Shown here one piece after another: positions 15,356 through 22,945 of a stretch of DNA of 54,328 nucleotides. The notes under the pieces are model-generated. The model ran no database searches and was not told where the DNA came from. It saw nothing but the letters and a program-made list of their open reading frames with translations. Both the position numbers and the translations under genes were made by a program. Within the stretch, counting starts at the first letter, position 1, and each line of letters opens with the position of its first letter. The stretch is from a virus, in the IMG/VR virus record IMGVR_UViG_3300037424_000442, positions 1 to 54,328 of that record, one strand, 5' to 3'.

Positions 15356-15670
15356 TTAGATTGACTCCATAATTATTTCTTCCCATGATTTATTGTAGTA
15401 TTTTTCGAGTAGCTCTATTTTTTCTTTATTTTGTAATAATGCAACTTGCTTATTAAAACCTACAAAAACAGCATTATTTATTGATTCTTTTATATCGTTT
15501 TTTATAAGCAAGGACATTTCTTCCTGCAATTCAGTTGCTTTTTCAAGATCGGGTAAATATTTTTCTATAATATTTATATTTGCACTTCTTGTAAAAGAAT
15601 GTATTATTTTAGACCTTTTATTTATAATTAACTCTTTTTTCATCTCTTCAATAATTTCTTTAAGCATCAT
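15356..15670 (-). CDS. hypothetical protein (104 aa)
   Basis: Co-oriented ORF with ATGA overlap to the upstream gene. Confidence 0.55.
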   Translation of the reverse strand: MMLKEIIEEMKKELIINKRSKIIHSFTRSANINIIEKYLPDLEKATELQEEMSLLIKNDIKESINNAVFVGFNKQVALLQNKEKIELLEKYYNKSWEEIIMESI

Positions 15671-16278
15671 ACTTCCCCCTTTCTCCTATCGTTTCCAGTA
15701 AGCTCTACTAGATCGGTAACATTGCTTAATCTGCTGGCTATTGCTTCCGCACTTTCAGTATTATACATAGACAACATTCTTAGCCATTCTTTTAGCGGTT
15801 TAGTAGATGTTAGATAAAGTTTTTTATGACACTTCCAACACCAATCAATTAAATTAAAATAGTAGTCTGCTAAAAACTTCATCTTGCTATCAGATATACA
15901 AAGATTATCCACAGCGTCGATGTCTTTAAAAGGCATATCATAATTAAGTTCGCCTTCCATGCAAACCGTAAACGTTTTATATCCCTGATATATTTTAGCG
16001 TTCCTTATCGCATATAGCGAATAAGTTTTACCTACCCCCTTTATACCATGAATCCAACAAAATCTTTTATCATTTTTACAAAAATTTACAATTCGGGTAT
16101 CGATGTTTTTTATATCAGCGTTTCGATATTCAAATGGCGTTGTCATGTCAATATATAATTTAGCTTGATATATTTCTTCCTGTTTACGTCGGGCTTCATA
16201 CTCAGCTATTTTTATATAATTATCAGGATCAATTTTTTTGTTCTTAATTTCGTTTATAAGTTCTAAAAAATCACTCAT
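15667..16278 (-). CDS. DnaC/IstB-like AAA ATPase (putative helicase loader)
   Basis: Walker A-like GIKGVGKT. Lies directly downstream of the replisome organizer gene. Confidence 0.5.
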   Translation of the reverse strand: MSDFLELINEIKNKKIDPDNYIKIAEYEARRKQEEIYQAKLYIDMTTPFEYRNADIKNIDTRIVNFCKNDKRFCWIHGIKGVGKTYSLYAIRNAKIYQGYKTFTVCMEGELNYDMPFKDIDAVDNLCISDSKMKFLADYYFNLIDWCWKCHKKLYLTSTKPLKEWLRMLSMYNTESAEAIASRLSNVTDLVELTGNDRRKGEV

Positions 16279-16904
16279 TATATAACCTCTAAATTAGGAT
16301 TTATTTTTTGTATGTTATCTTTATTTAACCAGCTTCTAATAACAGCGTTATGATCTTTATAGGGTGCTTTTTTCCTGTTTGGAATATATGTTGATAAACT
16401 TTCTATGTATTTATCAATTATACATTTCCCATATTCTAATATGAGAACACTATATTCTTTCTCTGTCAAACATACATTAGAGAGCACCCCATACACTAAC
16501 CTATCCTTAACTTGACTAACCTTACCTAAACTCCCCTTACCTGAGTCATCATTTTGTATACAATCTGTATACGACCCATTATCCTTTATAATTAGCTTGT
16601 TTTTTTCATCTAAATACACTGTTTCTTTATAGCGGTCTTTGGCAATATAGTTATGAATTTTCCAGTGTTTTATCACTATTATACCACTTTCAAACCCAAG
16701 TATAAATCTTTTAGAAAACAATATTTTTATGTCATCATCTGAACAGTTTACAACTTTCATTATTTTTTTTGGATTACTAACAAATCCATCATCATCGGCC
16801 CTCATACATAGATGGAAATATAAGTTTTGACTTGATGCCGGCATCTCTAAAAATGCGTCGGTGTCTACGATCTGCATAGAAAACATTCTTCTTTGAGCAC
16901 ACAT
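16278..16904 (-). CDS. phage replisome organizer / DnaD-like replication initiation protein
   Basis: N-terminus MFSMQIVDTDAFLEMPASSQNLYFHLCMRADDDGFVSNPKKI matches the conserved replisome-organizer N-terminal domain pattern. Confidence 0.65.
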   Translation of the reverse strand: MCAQRRMFSMQIVDTDAFLEMPASSQNLYFHLCMRADDDGFVSNPKKIMKVVNCSDDDIKILFSKRFILGFESGIIVIKHWKIHNYIAKDRYKETVYLDEKNKLIIKDNGSYTDCIQNDDSGKGSLGKVSQVKDRLVYGVLSNVCLTEKEYSVLILEYGKCIIDKYIESLSTYIPNRKKAPYKDHNAVIRSWLNKDNIQKINPNLEVI

Positions 16905-16913
16905 ATAGATTCC

Positions 16914-17276
16914 TTATTTTTTATGATGTTTTGAATGACAACTATGACATAAAACAATAAGATCATCATCTTTTTCTTCACCTATATTTTCATAGGTTTT
17001 ATGATGAACTTCTAAACTTTTAGATTTATTACAAAGTTGACATTTATACCCATATTTAAACAATATTTTATCCCTTGTAATTTTCCAATGTTTTGTCATT
17101 AAATAATCTTTATATTCCAAAGATTTTAAATATTTAACATATGATTCTTTAAGTTTTAATAAAACAGCTTCAAAAACATTTACCTTAAATTCTATATCTA
17201 ATTTGTGTTTAGATTCTTTTAACTCAATCCGATTGCCGTTAATTATGAGTTTAATATAATTTTTTGTAATTGACAT
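16914..17276 (-). CDS. HNH endonuclease
   Basis: CQLCNKSKSLEVHHKTYEN...LIVLCHSCHSKHH. The ATG at 17276 with a GGGGGG Shine-Dalgarno is preferred over the track's TTG at 17294. Confidence 0.75.
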   Translation of the reverse strand: MSITKNYIKLIINGNRIELKESKHKLDIEFKVNVFEAVLLKLKESYVKYLKSLEYKDYLMTKHWKITRDKILFKYGYKCQLCNKSKSLEVHHKTYENIGEEKDDDLIVLCHSCHSKHHKK

Positions 17277-17301
17277 TATTTCCCCCCGATACAAAATAAA
17301 A

Positions 17302-17363
17302 AGGCCTTATTTAAACGACTTGGCGGATCGGGGTACGCCTAAAACGCCGTTTAAATAAAGCCT
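17302..17363 (-). terminator. long-stem intrinsic terminator with branched apex
   Basis: 16-nt arms, aggccttatttaaacg and cgtttaaataaagcct, pair at 15 of 16 positions. The minus strand is followed by TTTTTATTTTGT. Confidence 0.6.
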
Positions 17364-17422
17364 CTTGATCCCCCGATAATAATTAACTTATCAAATAATA
17401 TGTAAGATGTCAAGTTTATTTT

Positions 17423-17656
17423 TTAATTATCCTTCGGCTCATGTAGTGGCATCCAATGGGTTACGTCTTTGCACATATCGACAAATTGACCATCCAGTAT
17501 TCTGTAAGTCATTACAACATCATATCCATATTTTGGGCTGTAAGTTAGTACTCTTTTATATGCTTTATAGCATTTATTATCTGATATTTTTATCCATTTC
17601 ATTTTTAAAATTTTTATCCGGCTTTTACTCTTTTCAATTAGTTGTTCTATTGTCAT
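17423..17656 (-). CDS. DUF551-like protein
   Basis: KWIKISD ... VTHWMPLHEPKD resembles the DUF551 C-terminal signature (WMPLP.P). Confidence 0.45.
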   Translation of the reverse strand: MTIEQLIEKSKSRIKILKMKWIKISDNKCYKAYKRVLTYSPKYGYDVVMTYRILDGQFVDMCKDVTHWMPLHEPKDN

Positions 17657-17769
17657 TTTATTTTCCCTTTTGATTTATAGATTGCTTTCTCTATTATTTT
17701 ATCATCTGCATATTTTTCATCAAGATATTTTACAAATTCATCAAACTCTTTGTATTCGTCTGCAGTCAT
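17653..17769 (-). CDS. small acidic protein (38 aa)
   Basis: ATG at 17769 preceded by GAGGTG. Its stop overlaps the next ATG. Confidence 0.45.
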   Translation of the reverse strand: MTADEYKEFDEFVKYLDEKYADDKIIEKAIYKSKGKIK

Positions 17770-17796
17770 ATATACACCTCGCAACAGTTTTATCTA

Positions 17797-17970
17797 TCAT
17801 CTAATTAAACCAAAAAACCATTTTAGATTTATACTCTTTTTATAGCAATGTTGAGCATCATCTTTATTATAGTAATAATATTTTAACTTTATAAAACTTA
17901 TTTTTAGAAATCGATTCCCCAAAAATAGTGTGATAAGGGTGCCTTCTTTTCCAATACCATAATATTCCAT
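17797..17970 (-). CDS. hypothetical protein (57 aa from the internal ATG)
   Basis: The ATG at 17970 is preceded by GTGAGGTGAAT. The track's upstream extension runs into a terminator hairpin. Confidence 0.45.
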   Translation of the reverse strand: MEYYGIGKEGTLITLFLGNRFLKISFIKLKYYYYNKDDAQHCYKKSINLKWFFGLIR

Positions 17971-17988
17971 ATTCACCTCACTAAAATA

Positions 17989-18023
17989 AGGGCAGGAAAG
18001 CAAGACAATCACAATCCTGCCCT
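17989..18023 (-). terminator. intrinsic terminator
   Basis: 9-bp stem, agggcagga with tcctgccct. The minus strand is followed by TATTTT. Confidence 0.6.
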
Positions 18024-18029
18024 AAAATG

Positions 18030-18134
18030 ATAGGGCATACACCCTACTCCGCACCATGTTAGTGGCTGACAGCTAACTAGGAATTCATCTGTCATTTACC
18101 GGTCGGCGTCTTCGATTTTACCGATATGCCCTAT
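18030..18134 (-). ncRNA. GC-enriched structured RNA element in the 3' region of the 18131..18436 gene, function unknown
   Basis: 10-bp closing stem, atagggcata (18030-18039) with tatgccctat (18125-18134). Internal hairpin tgacag/ctgtca. Possible pseudoknot GUUAG/CUAAC. Visibly more G+C than the flanks. Confidence 0.3.
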
Positions 18135-18436
18135 AAAAAATAAAAAGGAGTAAATCCCGTCATTTTCCACCAATAAGGCTTTGGGATTTTATTTTTAAAT
18201 TCATAATAACAACAAATGTCATCATCTCTAAAATAATCACACCTCAGCGTATCAACTGTCGGGTCAAAATAATGCTTGCAATTTCTACAGGCATATCTAG
18301 GATTTATTCTTACTTCATATCCATATTTTTTTAGGTTTTCTTCACAATCGGTATGTTTGAAATTAACCCATTCCTTTTTAGTTTTGCTAAAATACTGTAA
18401 ATCTGTGAAATTGATATTTTTTATAATTACCCCCAA
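18131..18436 (-). CDS. hypothetical Cys-rich protein (101 aa)
   Basis: Co-oriented ORF; multiple Cys pairs (CRNCKHY...CDY...CCYY). Confidence 0.55.
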   Translation of the reverse strand: MGVIIKNINFTDLQYFSKTKKEWVNFKHTDCEENLKKYGYEVRINPRYACRNCKHYFDPTVDTLRCDYFRDDDICCYYEFKNKIPKPYWWKMTGFTPFYFL

Positions 18437-18948
18437 TCATCAAACTCTGATCTCGTTATGTCAAATAAATCCGCTAACCAATTATAGCACTTTTCTTTTG
18501 CTTCATCAAATATTAGTTCGTCTAGTTCATCAAAGGCTTGACTTGCAACTCTTAAACTAACCGTGCCGTCTGGCATAGGTTTTCTGTCAAGTGGCAAAAA
18601 CTCATATTTTAATAGATATCTTAATACTTCATTTTCGCTTTTCATTTCAATAAGCAGGTTGTTTATTATTTCTTTTGGGTATAATCCTTTGTCAATGATC
18701 TTTTCAATCGCTCCATTTTCAACACACAATTGTAATCTGCGAAAAAAATCTTTATGCTTCCATAAAATCCTTATATGACTAATGGTTGCCTTGAACGTTC
18801 CCCTCCAAATCTTATTGAATACTTCAACATCTTTTTCTCGATCTGGTATAGCAACGTATATTGTCTTTTTTTCAAGACCTTTAGATTCTACTAACTTAAT
18901 AAGTTTATCCAAAGGCATTTTAATCATGTATAATGATTTATGTTTCAT
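18427..18948 (-). CDS. hypothetical protein (173 aa)
   Basis: Co-oriented ORF. Confidence 0.6.
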   Translation of the reverse strand: MKHKSLYMIKMPLDKLIKLVESKGLEKKTIYVAIPDREKDVEVFNKIWRGTFKATISHIRILWKHKDFFRRLQLCVENGAIEKIIDKGLYPKEIINNLLIEMKSENEVLRYLLKYEFLPLDRKPMPDGTVSLRVASQAFDELDELIFDEAKEKCYNWLADLFDITRSEFDDWG

Positions 18949-19195
18949 TATTGATCTCTTTTAACCGATCAGTAATTTTATTATTAAGAAACTCTAGTGC
19001 GCATTTTTCACAGATGCAATCTTGAGCTTGAGAAGCTGATATTTTTATATCAGCCGATAACTTAGTTTTGCCGAACCTTTCATAGAACGTTTTATTATAC
19101 AAATGATATTCGTTTTCTGATTTCCCATGAAACATCTTAGAATCTAAAATCTTTTCTTCACAACAATCACAAATAAAAGTTATATTCGCAGCCAT
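18938..19195 (-). CDS. hypothetical zinc-finger-like protein (85 aa)
   Basis: CDCCEEK ... CICEKC motifs. Confidence 0.55.
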   Translation of the reverse strand: MAANITFICDCCEEKILDSKMFHGKSENEYHLYNKTFYERFGKTKLSADIKISASQAQDCICEKCALEFLNNKITDRLKEINNET

Positions 19196-19197
19196 AA

Positions 19198-19569
19198 TTA
19201 AGCCTCATCCCACGGGTCTTCAAAGTTATTTGTCTGATTTTCAACTTTCCCTTTGCTATCAAGAAATTGCACTTGATTAGCATTGATAATAACTTTCGAC
19301 TTTGTTTGACCAGAGGTTTTATCCTGCCATCGTTGTTGATCGTATTCCCCACTTATTGCAACCTGACTACCTTTTTTCAAATATTGATTACATACTTCCG
19401 CTATTTTTCCCCATGTTTCAACATTGATAAAATTGACTTTCTTTTTTTCTCCATTGTCTCTATTATTAGCAATAGAAAACTTTGCGCATGGTGTACCGCT
19501 TGTAGTATAAGTTATTTCTATATCAGACGTTAATCGTCCGATAATGTTAACTTGATTTAAATCTCTCAT
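19198..19569 (-). CDS. ssb: single-stranded DNA-binding protein
   Basis: OB-fold pattern NQVNIIGRLTSD...FSIA.NR...FINVETWGK.AE....YLKKGSQV.ISG. Acidic C-terminal tail FEDPWDEA. Confidence 0.85.
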   Translation of the reverse strand: MRDLNQVNIIGRLTSDIEITYTTSGTPCAKFSIANNRDNGEKKKVNFINVETWGKIAEVCNQYLKKGSQVAISGEYDQQRWQDKTSGQTKSKVIINANQVQFLDSKGKVENQTNNFEDPWDEA

Positions 19570-20564
19570 TTTTTTGCTCCTTCAAATAACGTATTACCAT
19601 TTTTATCTCTCTTTTCGTCCGATATCGAGTATTCATCGCTTTTATTATCTTTTAAAAACTCTGGTAACTTATCATCCTCACTTGTCTGTAGTGGCTCGTC
19701 AAAGGCTTTGTTCATGCCTTTTTCTATTTTACCTATGATATTGCCGAGTAAAAGACAATCTGCTTTATGTACATCTTCTTGATAAGGTTTATTTGTAACC
19801 ATATCATTTTTAATCTGAGTAAAATGCGCGATTTCGCTTTCTGTCATTCCAGATTTATACTCGGCGGCTCTTTTTAATAATTCTTCACGCCTTTTTTTTG
19901 CAAGGTCTTTATCTGTGAAATTAATTGTCTGTTTCGGTGGCAAATCTTCTTTTTTTATGTTTTGGCTAACTTCTTTTAGGATGTTTTCAGTTTCATCCTC
20001 TTGCTTAATATCCAAGCTATCAAGATCAACTTCGCCGGTTGTAATGCCAAATACATTTTTGAATAGATATCTATTCCCATATTTTATGGTTGATCCTACA
20101 AGTTGAGTGTCTGTCATTATTCTGGTTTTTGTTGGAAATGGCAAGTCAATGCTTCTAACCTCAGAATGTCCGCATTTATGATTCACCTGTATTGATACTG
20201 AGACTCCACCCTCTATAGATTTTGAATCAAAGATATAAGAAAACCCATAATCACTAATTATATCTTTTGTTTGTCCTATTATATCTTCAATTGGGGCATA
20301 TAGAAATATAACATCGCCTTTATCAGTTTTACTACCATCTTTTGTGTTTTTTATTTCTGGCAATAACCTTTGTAACATCGATAAGTCTTTAAAATATTCC
20401 TCTCTCGCCCATTCTGATTTAAGCTCTCTCCTAACCGCTAGTAACTTTTCTACAGTTTCCATAGATCCCTTTTCTATAGCCTGAGATATTAGTTTTTCAA
20501 TATTCATGTTACCGAAATCATTTTGTTGTATCTCATTGTTTTCAGTTTTCATTATTTCACCCAT
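19566..20564 (-). CDS. ERF-family single-strand annealing protein
   Basis: FLYAPIEDII...YGFS, VNHKCGHSE and QLVGSTIKYGNRYLFKNVFGITTGE match the ERF pattern (Y.sLedv, H.sGe, Gsa.TYarRY). Flanked by SSB and an exonuclease. Confidence 0.6.
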   Translation of the reverse strand: MGEIMKTENNEIQQNDFGNMNIEKLISQAIEKGSMETVEKLLAVRRELKSEWAREEYFKDLSMLQRLLPEIKNTKDGSKTDKGDVIFLYAPIEDIIGQTKDIISDYGFSYIFDSKSIEGGVSVSIQVNHKCGHSEVRSIDLPFPTKTRIMTDTQLVGSTIKYGNRYLFKNVFGITTGEVDLDSLDIKQEDETENILKEVSQNIKKEDLPPKQTINFTDKDLAKKRREELLKRAAEYKSGMTESEIAHFTQIKNDMVTNKPYQEDVHKADCLLLGNIIGKIEKGMNKAFDEPLQTSEDDKLPEFLKDNKSDEYSISDEKRDKNGNTLFEGAKK

Positions 20565-20573
20565 AATAACTCC

Positions 20574-21473
20574 TTATAATTTTTGACAATTTTCTCTTAT
20601 GAAGTTTGATATTGCTGTTAATTTAATCTTCACCTCTGATAACAACTGATTGCTTTCTGTAGTAGACAATTCAGGCATTTGCATTGTATCAATAGAGCTT
20701 GCAAATACTAATAACTTATTTTTATCTGGCATTAACGATGCTTGCCTTTGTTTTTCTTCTGCTTCTAATTTAGCTTTCTTTTCAGCTTCTTCTTTTGCCA
20801 ACCTCTCGGCGTTTTCTTTTTCGATACGCTCTTTTTCTTTCTTAATTTCAAGCTCTCTTGCCTCAGCTTCTTTTTTTAGCCTTTCATTTTCTGCTTTGAT
20901 TTTTTCTCTTTCTTCAATTTCTGCTTTCTCTCTTGCGAGCCTTTCTTGCTCTGCTTTTTTCTCAGCTTCTATTTTATTATTATAATTTGTTTTTGAGGTT
21001 TCAAATAAAATGTTAAACGCTTCCTCTGGCATGTTGACAAGATCAAAAAAAGTACCATCAACTTCTACCTCTGCAAGTTTGTCAAACCTCTCTTGCCTAA
21101 TCTTTTCAAGTCTTGCTTGTTCTATTCTCTCGACGTATTTTTCTTTTTCAAGTAGGTCATTTTCAATCGGTTTTATCGAACCCTCTATTATATTATAACA
21201 GCCACAAATAAACCGATCTTCAATTATGATATTTTCTTTCAGTCTTCTTTTGACCTTATCGGCATTAACTCGAATGTCTTTTAATTTTAATCTAATATCC
21301 CTCGCTTCTTTCATCTTATCGGTTTGTGAAATATCAGTAATTTCAATAGATTTCGCTCTTGACTCATATCCCGATACTTGGTCGAAAAATTGATTAAATT
21401 GTTCCATTACAACCTGAGCCTTTGGCTTTTCAAGTGGAATGGATTCCGTTAATCTTACTAATTCATTATTCAT
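20574..21473 (-). CDS. coiled-coil recombination-module protein (DUF1351-like)
   Basis: About 300 aa with a long EK-rich coiled coil, sitting between the exonuclease and the annealase as in Firmicutes-type phage recombination modules. Confidence 0.4.
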   Translation of the reverse strand: MNNELVRLTESIPLEKPKAQVVMEQFNQFFDQVSGYESRAKSIEITDISQTDKMKEARDIRLKLKDIRVNADKVKRRLKENIIIEDRFICGCYNIIEGSIKPIENDLLEKEKYVERIEQARLEKIRQERFDKLAEVEVDGTFFDLVNMPEEAFNILFETSKTNYNNKIEAEKKAEQERLAREKAEIEEREKIKAENERLKKEAEARELEIKKEKERIEKENAERLAKEEAEKKAKLEAEEKQRQASLMPDKNKLLVFASSIDTMQMPELSTTESNQLLSEVKIKLTAISNFIRENCQKL

Positions 21474-21513
21474 TTTATCTATCCTTTTATTATTTCTATA
21501 ATTTAATTTATAG

Positions 21514-21543
21514 ATTATATAGTTTATTTACAATTATTTACAA
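21514..21543 (-). promoter_or_regulatory. sigma70-like promoter candidate
   Basis: Minus strand reads TTGTAA, an 18-nt spacer, then TATAAT, in the gap upstream of the 21473 gene. The TTGTAAATAA element is directly repeated. Confidence 0.3.
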
Positions 21544-21545
21544 TT

Positions 21546-21776
21546 TCATTCTGGATTTTCAATAAAACTCTCAATTGCAATGCATATTCTATCTTTTGTT
21601 TTTTCAATAATTTCTTCAAAAGACTTATCTAAAAATCTTTCTTTAACTTCATCATAAATGTTTGAACATTCATAATCTATGTCTATACCTAGATCATTAG
21701 AAACATGATCGCATAATATATCCATATCACTATTAAGAAAGTCAAGAATATTATTAAGTAATTCTTTTCTTTTCAT
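21546..21776 (-). CDS. small highly acidic protein (76 aa)
   Basis: 20 of 76 residues are D or E. Confidence 0.55.
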   Translation of the reverse strand: MKRKELLNNILDFLNSDMDILCDHVSNDLGIDIDYECSNIYDEVKERFLDKSFEEIIEKTKDRICIAIESFIENPE

Positions 21777-21798
21777 AGTTTACTCCTTTAATTTCTGC

Positions 21799-22593
21799 TT
21801 ACAAATAACTCGGTTTGTAAATAGTTTCAAGTCCCCCTTGATATACAATCTCAGGGCTTCCCTGACTTTTCCACATTAGATATTTTTTGACTGAGCCTTC
21901 ATTTTCCATCATGCCAAGATCAATATAGTCTTGACTGAGTTCGTACGCTTTTACTCCAAACGGATTTGAAAACTCGAAAGTTAAAAATATAAATATTGTT
22001 TTTTTGCCCGTTAGTTTTTGATACCCATTTGTATACCATTCCGCCTGTCTATAATATTTATATCTTTTTACACTATACTCAAAATCAAGGCAATTTTCAA
22101 CCTTTTTCAAGTCAAATAAAATGTTAAAATTATCTGATTCAAAAGCAATATCGATACGTCCTTTTTTCTGAACTATTTCTCCATCGATTTGATCTTCCCA
22201 AAAAATAGACACTTCTTTTTGTGAATTGTTAAGTATATAATCAAGAAATAAATTATCATATAGTTGATAATTTCTTATGTTTTTATCAATAGACTCTAAA
22301 ATTTCTTTATAGTCATATTTTAACAATTCCTTATCTGGTAGCTTAGCATTCAGTTCCTTATATTCTTTAGAAGCCTTTGATTTTATTGACTCTGGCATAA
22401 AATAATATTTATTCCAAAAATCAACATTTTCTAAAATATATTTGTGTGCGATAGTTCCGTCATTCATCGCCGGTGTTGGCTCTATACCTATTTTTGCATG
22501 TAGTGGGCTTCGATCAAAATTAATCAAATAGCTATTAGAAATCCCTTTGAATTCGAAATATTCATTTGCAGTCATACGTTTAATCTCGTTCAT
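21799..22593 (-). CDS. PD-(D/E)XK family exonuclease
   Basis: GTIAHKYILE, GRIDIAF...ILFDLKK (D...D/ExK) and YYRQAEWY (QxxxY) motifs. Confidence 0.7.
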   Translation of the reverse strand: MNEIKRMTANEYFEFKGISNSYLINFDRSPLHAKIGIEPTPAMNDGTIAHKYILENVDFWNKYYFMPESIKSKASKEYKELNAKLPDKELLKYDYKEILESIDKNIRNYQLYDNLFLDYILNNSQKEVSIFWEDQIDGEIVQKKGRIDIAFESDNFNILFDLKKVENCLDFEYSVKRYKYYRQAEWYTNGYQKLTGKKTIFIFLTFEFSNPFGVKAYELSQDYIDLGMMENEGSVKKYLMWKSQGSPEIVYQGGLETIYKPSYL

Positions 22594-22781
22594 CCTTTAC
22601 GCCTCATGTCCGCAATGTCGTTTAGCAATATGTCAATCCTTGCCTTCTGGACATCCTCGATTTTCCTTAGCCGTGCAATTTCTGTAATAAGTTCCATATT
22701 GATTTTCACAAAATCATGTTTGTTATCTTCACAAAGTTTATTATAGTATTTTGCGGCTTCTTCCATATAGTCTTTTTTCAT
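22590..22781 (-). CDS. hypothetical protein (63 aa from the internal ATG)
   Basis: The ATG at 22781 overlaps the stop of the upstream membrane micro-ORF (ATGA). The track's longer version overlaps that ORF. Confidence 0.5.
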   Translation of the reverse strand: MKKDYMEEAAKYYNKLCEDNKHDFVKINMELITEIARLRKIEDVQKARIDILLNDIADMRRKG

Positions 22782-22945
22782 GGCTTTATCCTCATTATAA
22801 TTGACAGTTGCATCCCTAGAAGGCAAGCGTTTACCAAGCCTATAATAAACCAATACCAAAAGGCTACATTTTCATACATGAAATATAGACTAACTCCAAT
22901 CGCTATAACATGAAACATGAGAAAAATTAGATTTATTATTTTCAT
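22778..22945 (-). CDS. small membrane protein (55 aa, 2 TM)
   Basis: ATG at 22945 overlaps the upstream stop; AGAGG upstream. Translation MKIINLIFLMFHVIAIGVSLYFMYENVAFWYWFIIGLVNACLLGMQLSIIMRIKP. Confidence 0.5.
   Translation of the reverse strand: MKIINLIFLMFHVIAIGVSLYFMYENVAFWYWFIIGLVNACLLGMQLSIIMRIKP

Noticed and set aside
18030-18134. Phage attachment site (attP) or tRNA fragment, as an explanation for the GC-rich segment
   Set aside because: No integrase or recombinase gene is recognisable anywhere in the genome, and no tRNA-like T-arm sequence is present in the segment. It cannot be excluded without a host-genome search.
19167-19352. 61-aa minus-strand ORF overlapping the ssb gene, and likewise 29570..29800 inside the tail fibre gene
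   Set aside because: They are nested out of frame within genes that have strong functional signatures, and have no independent ribosome-binding site.
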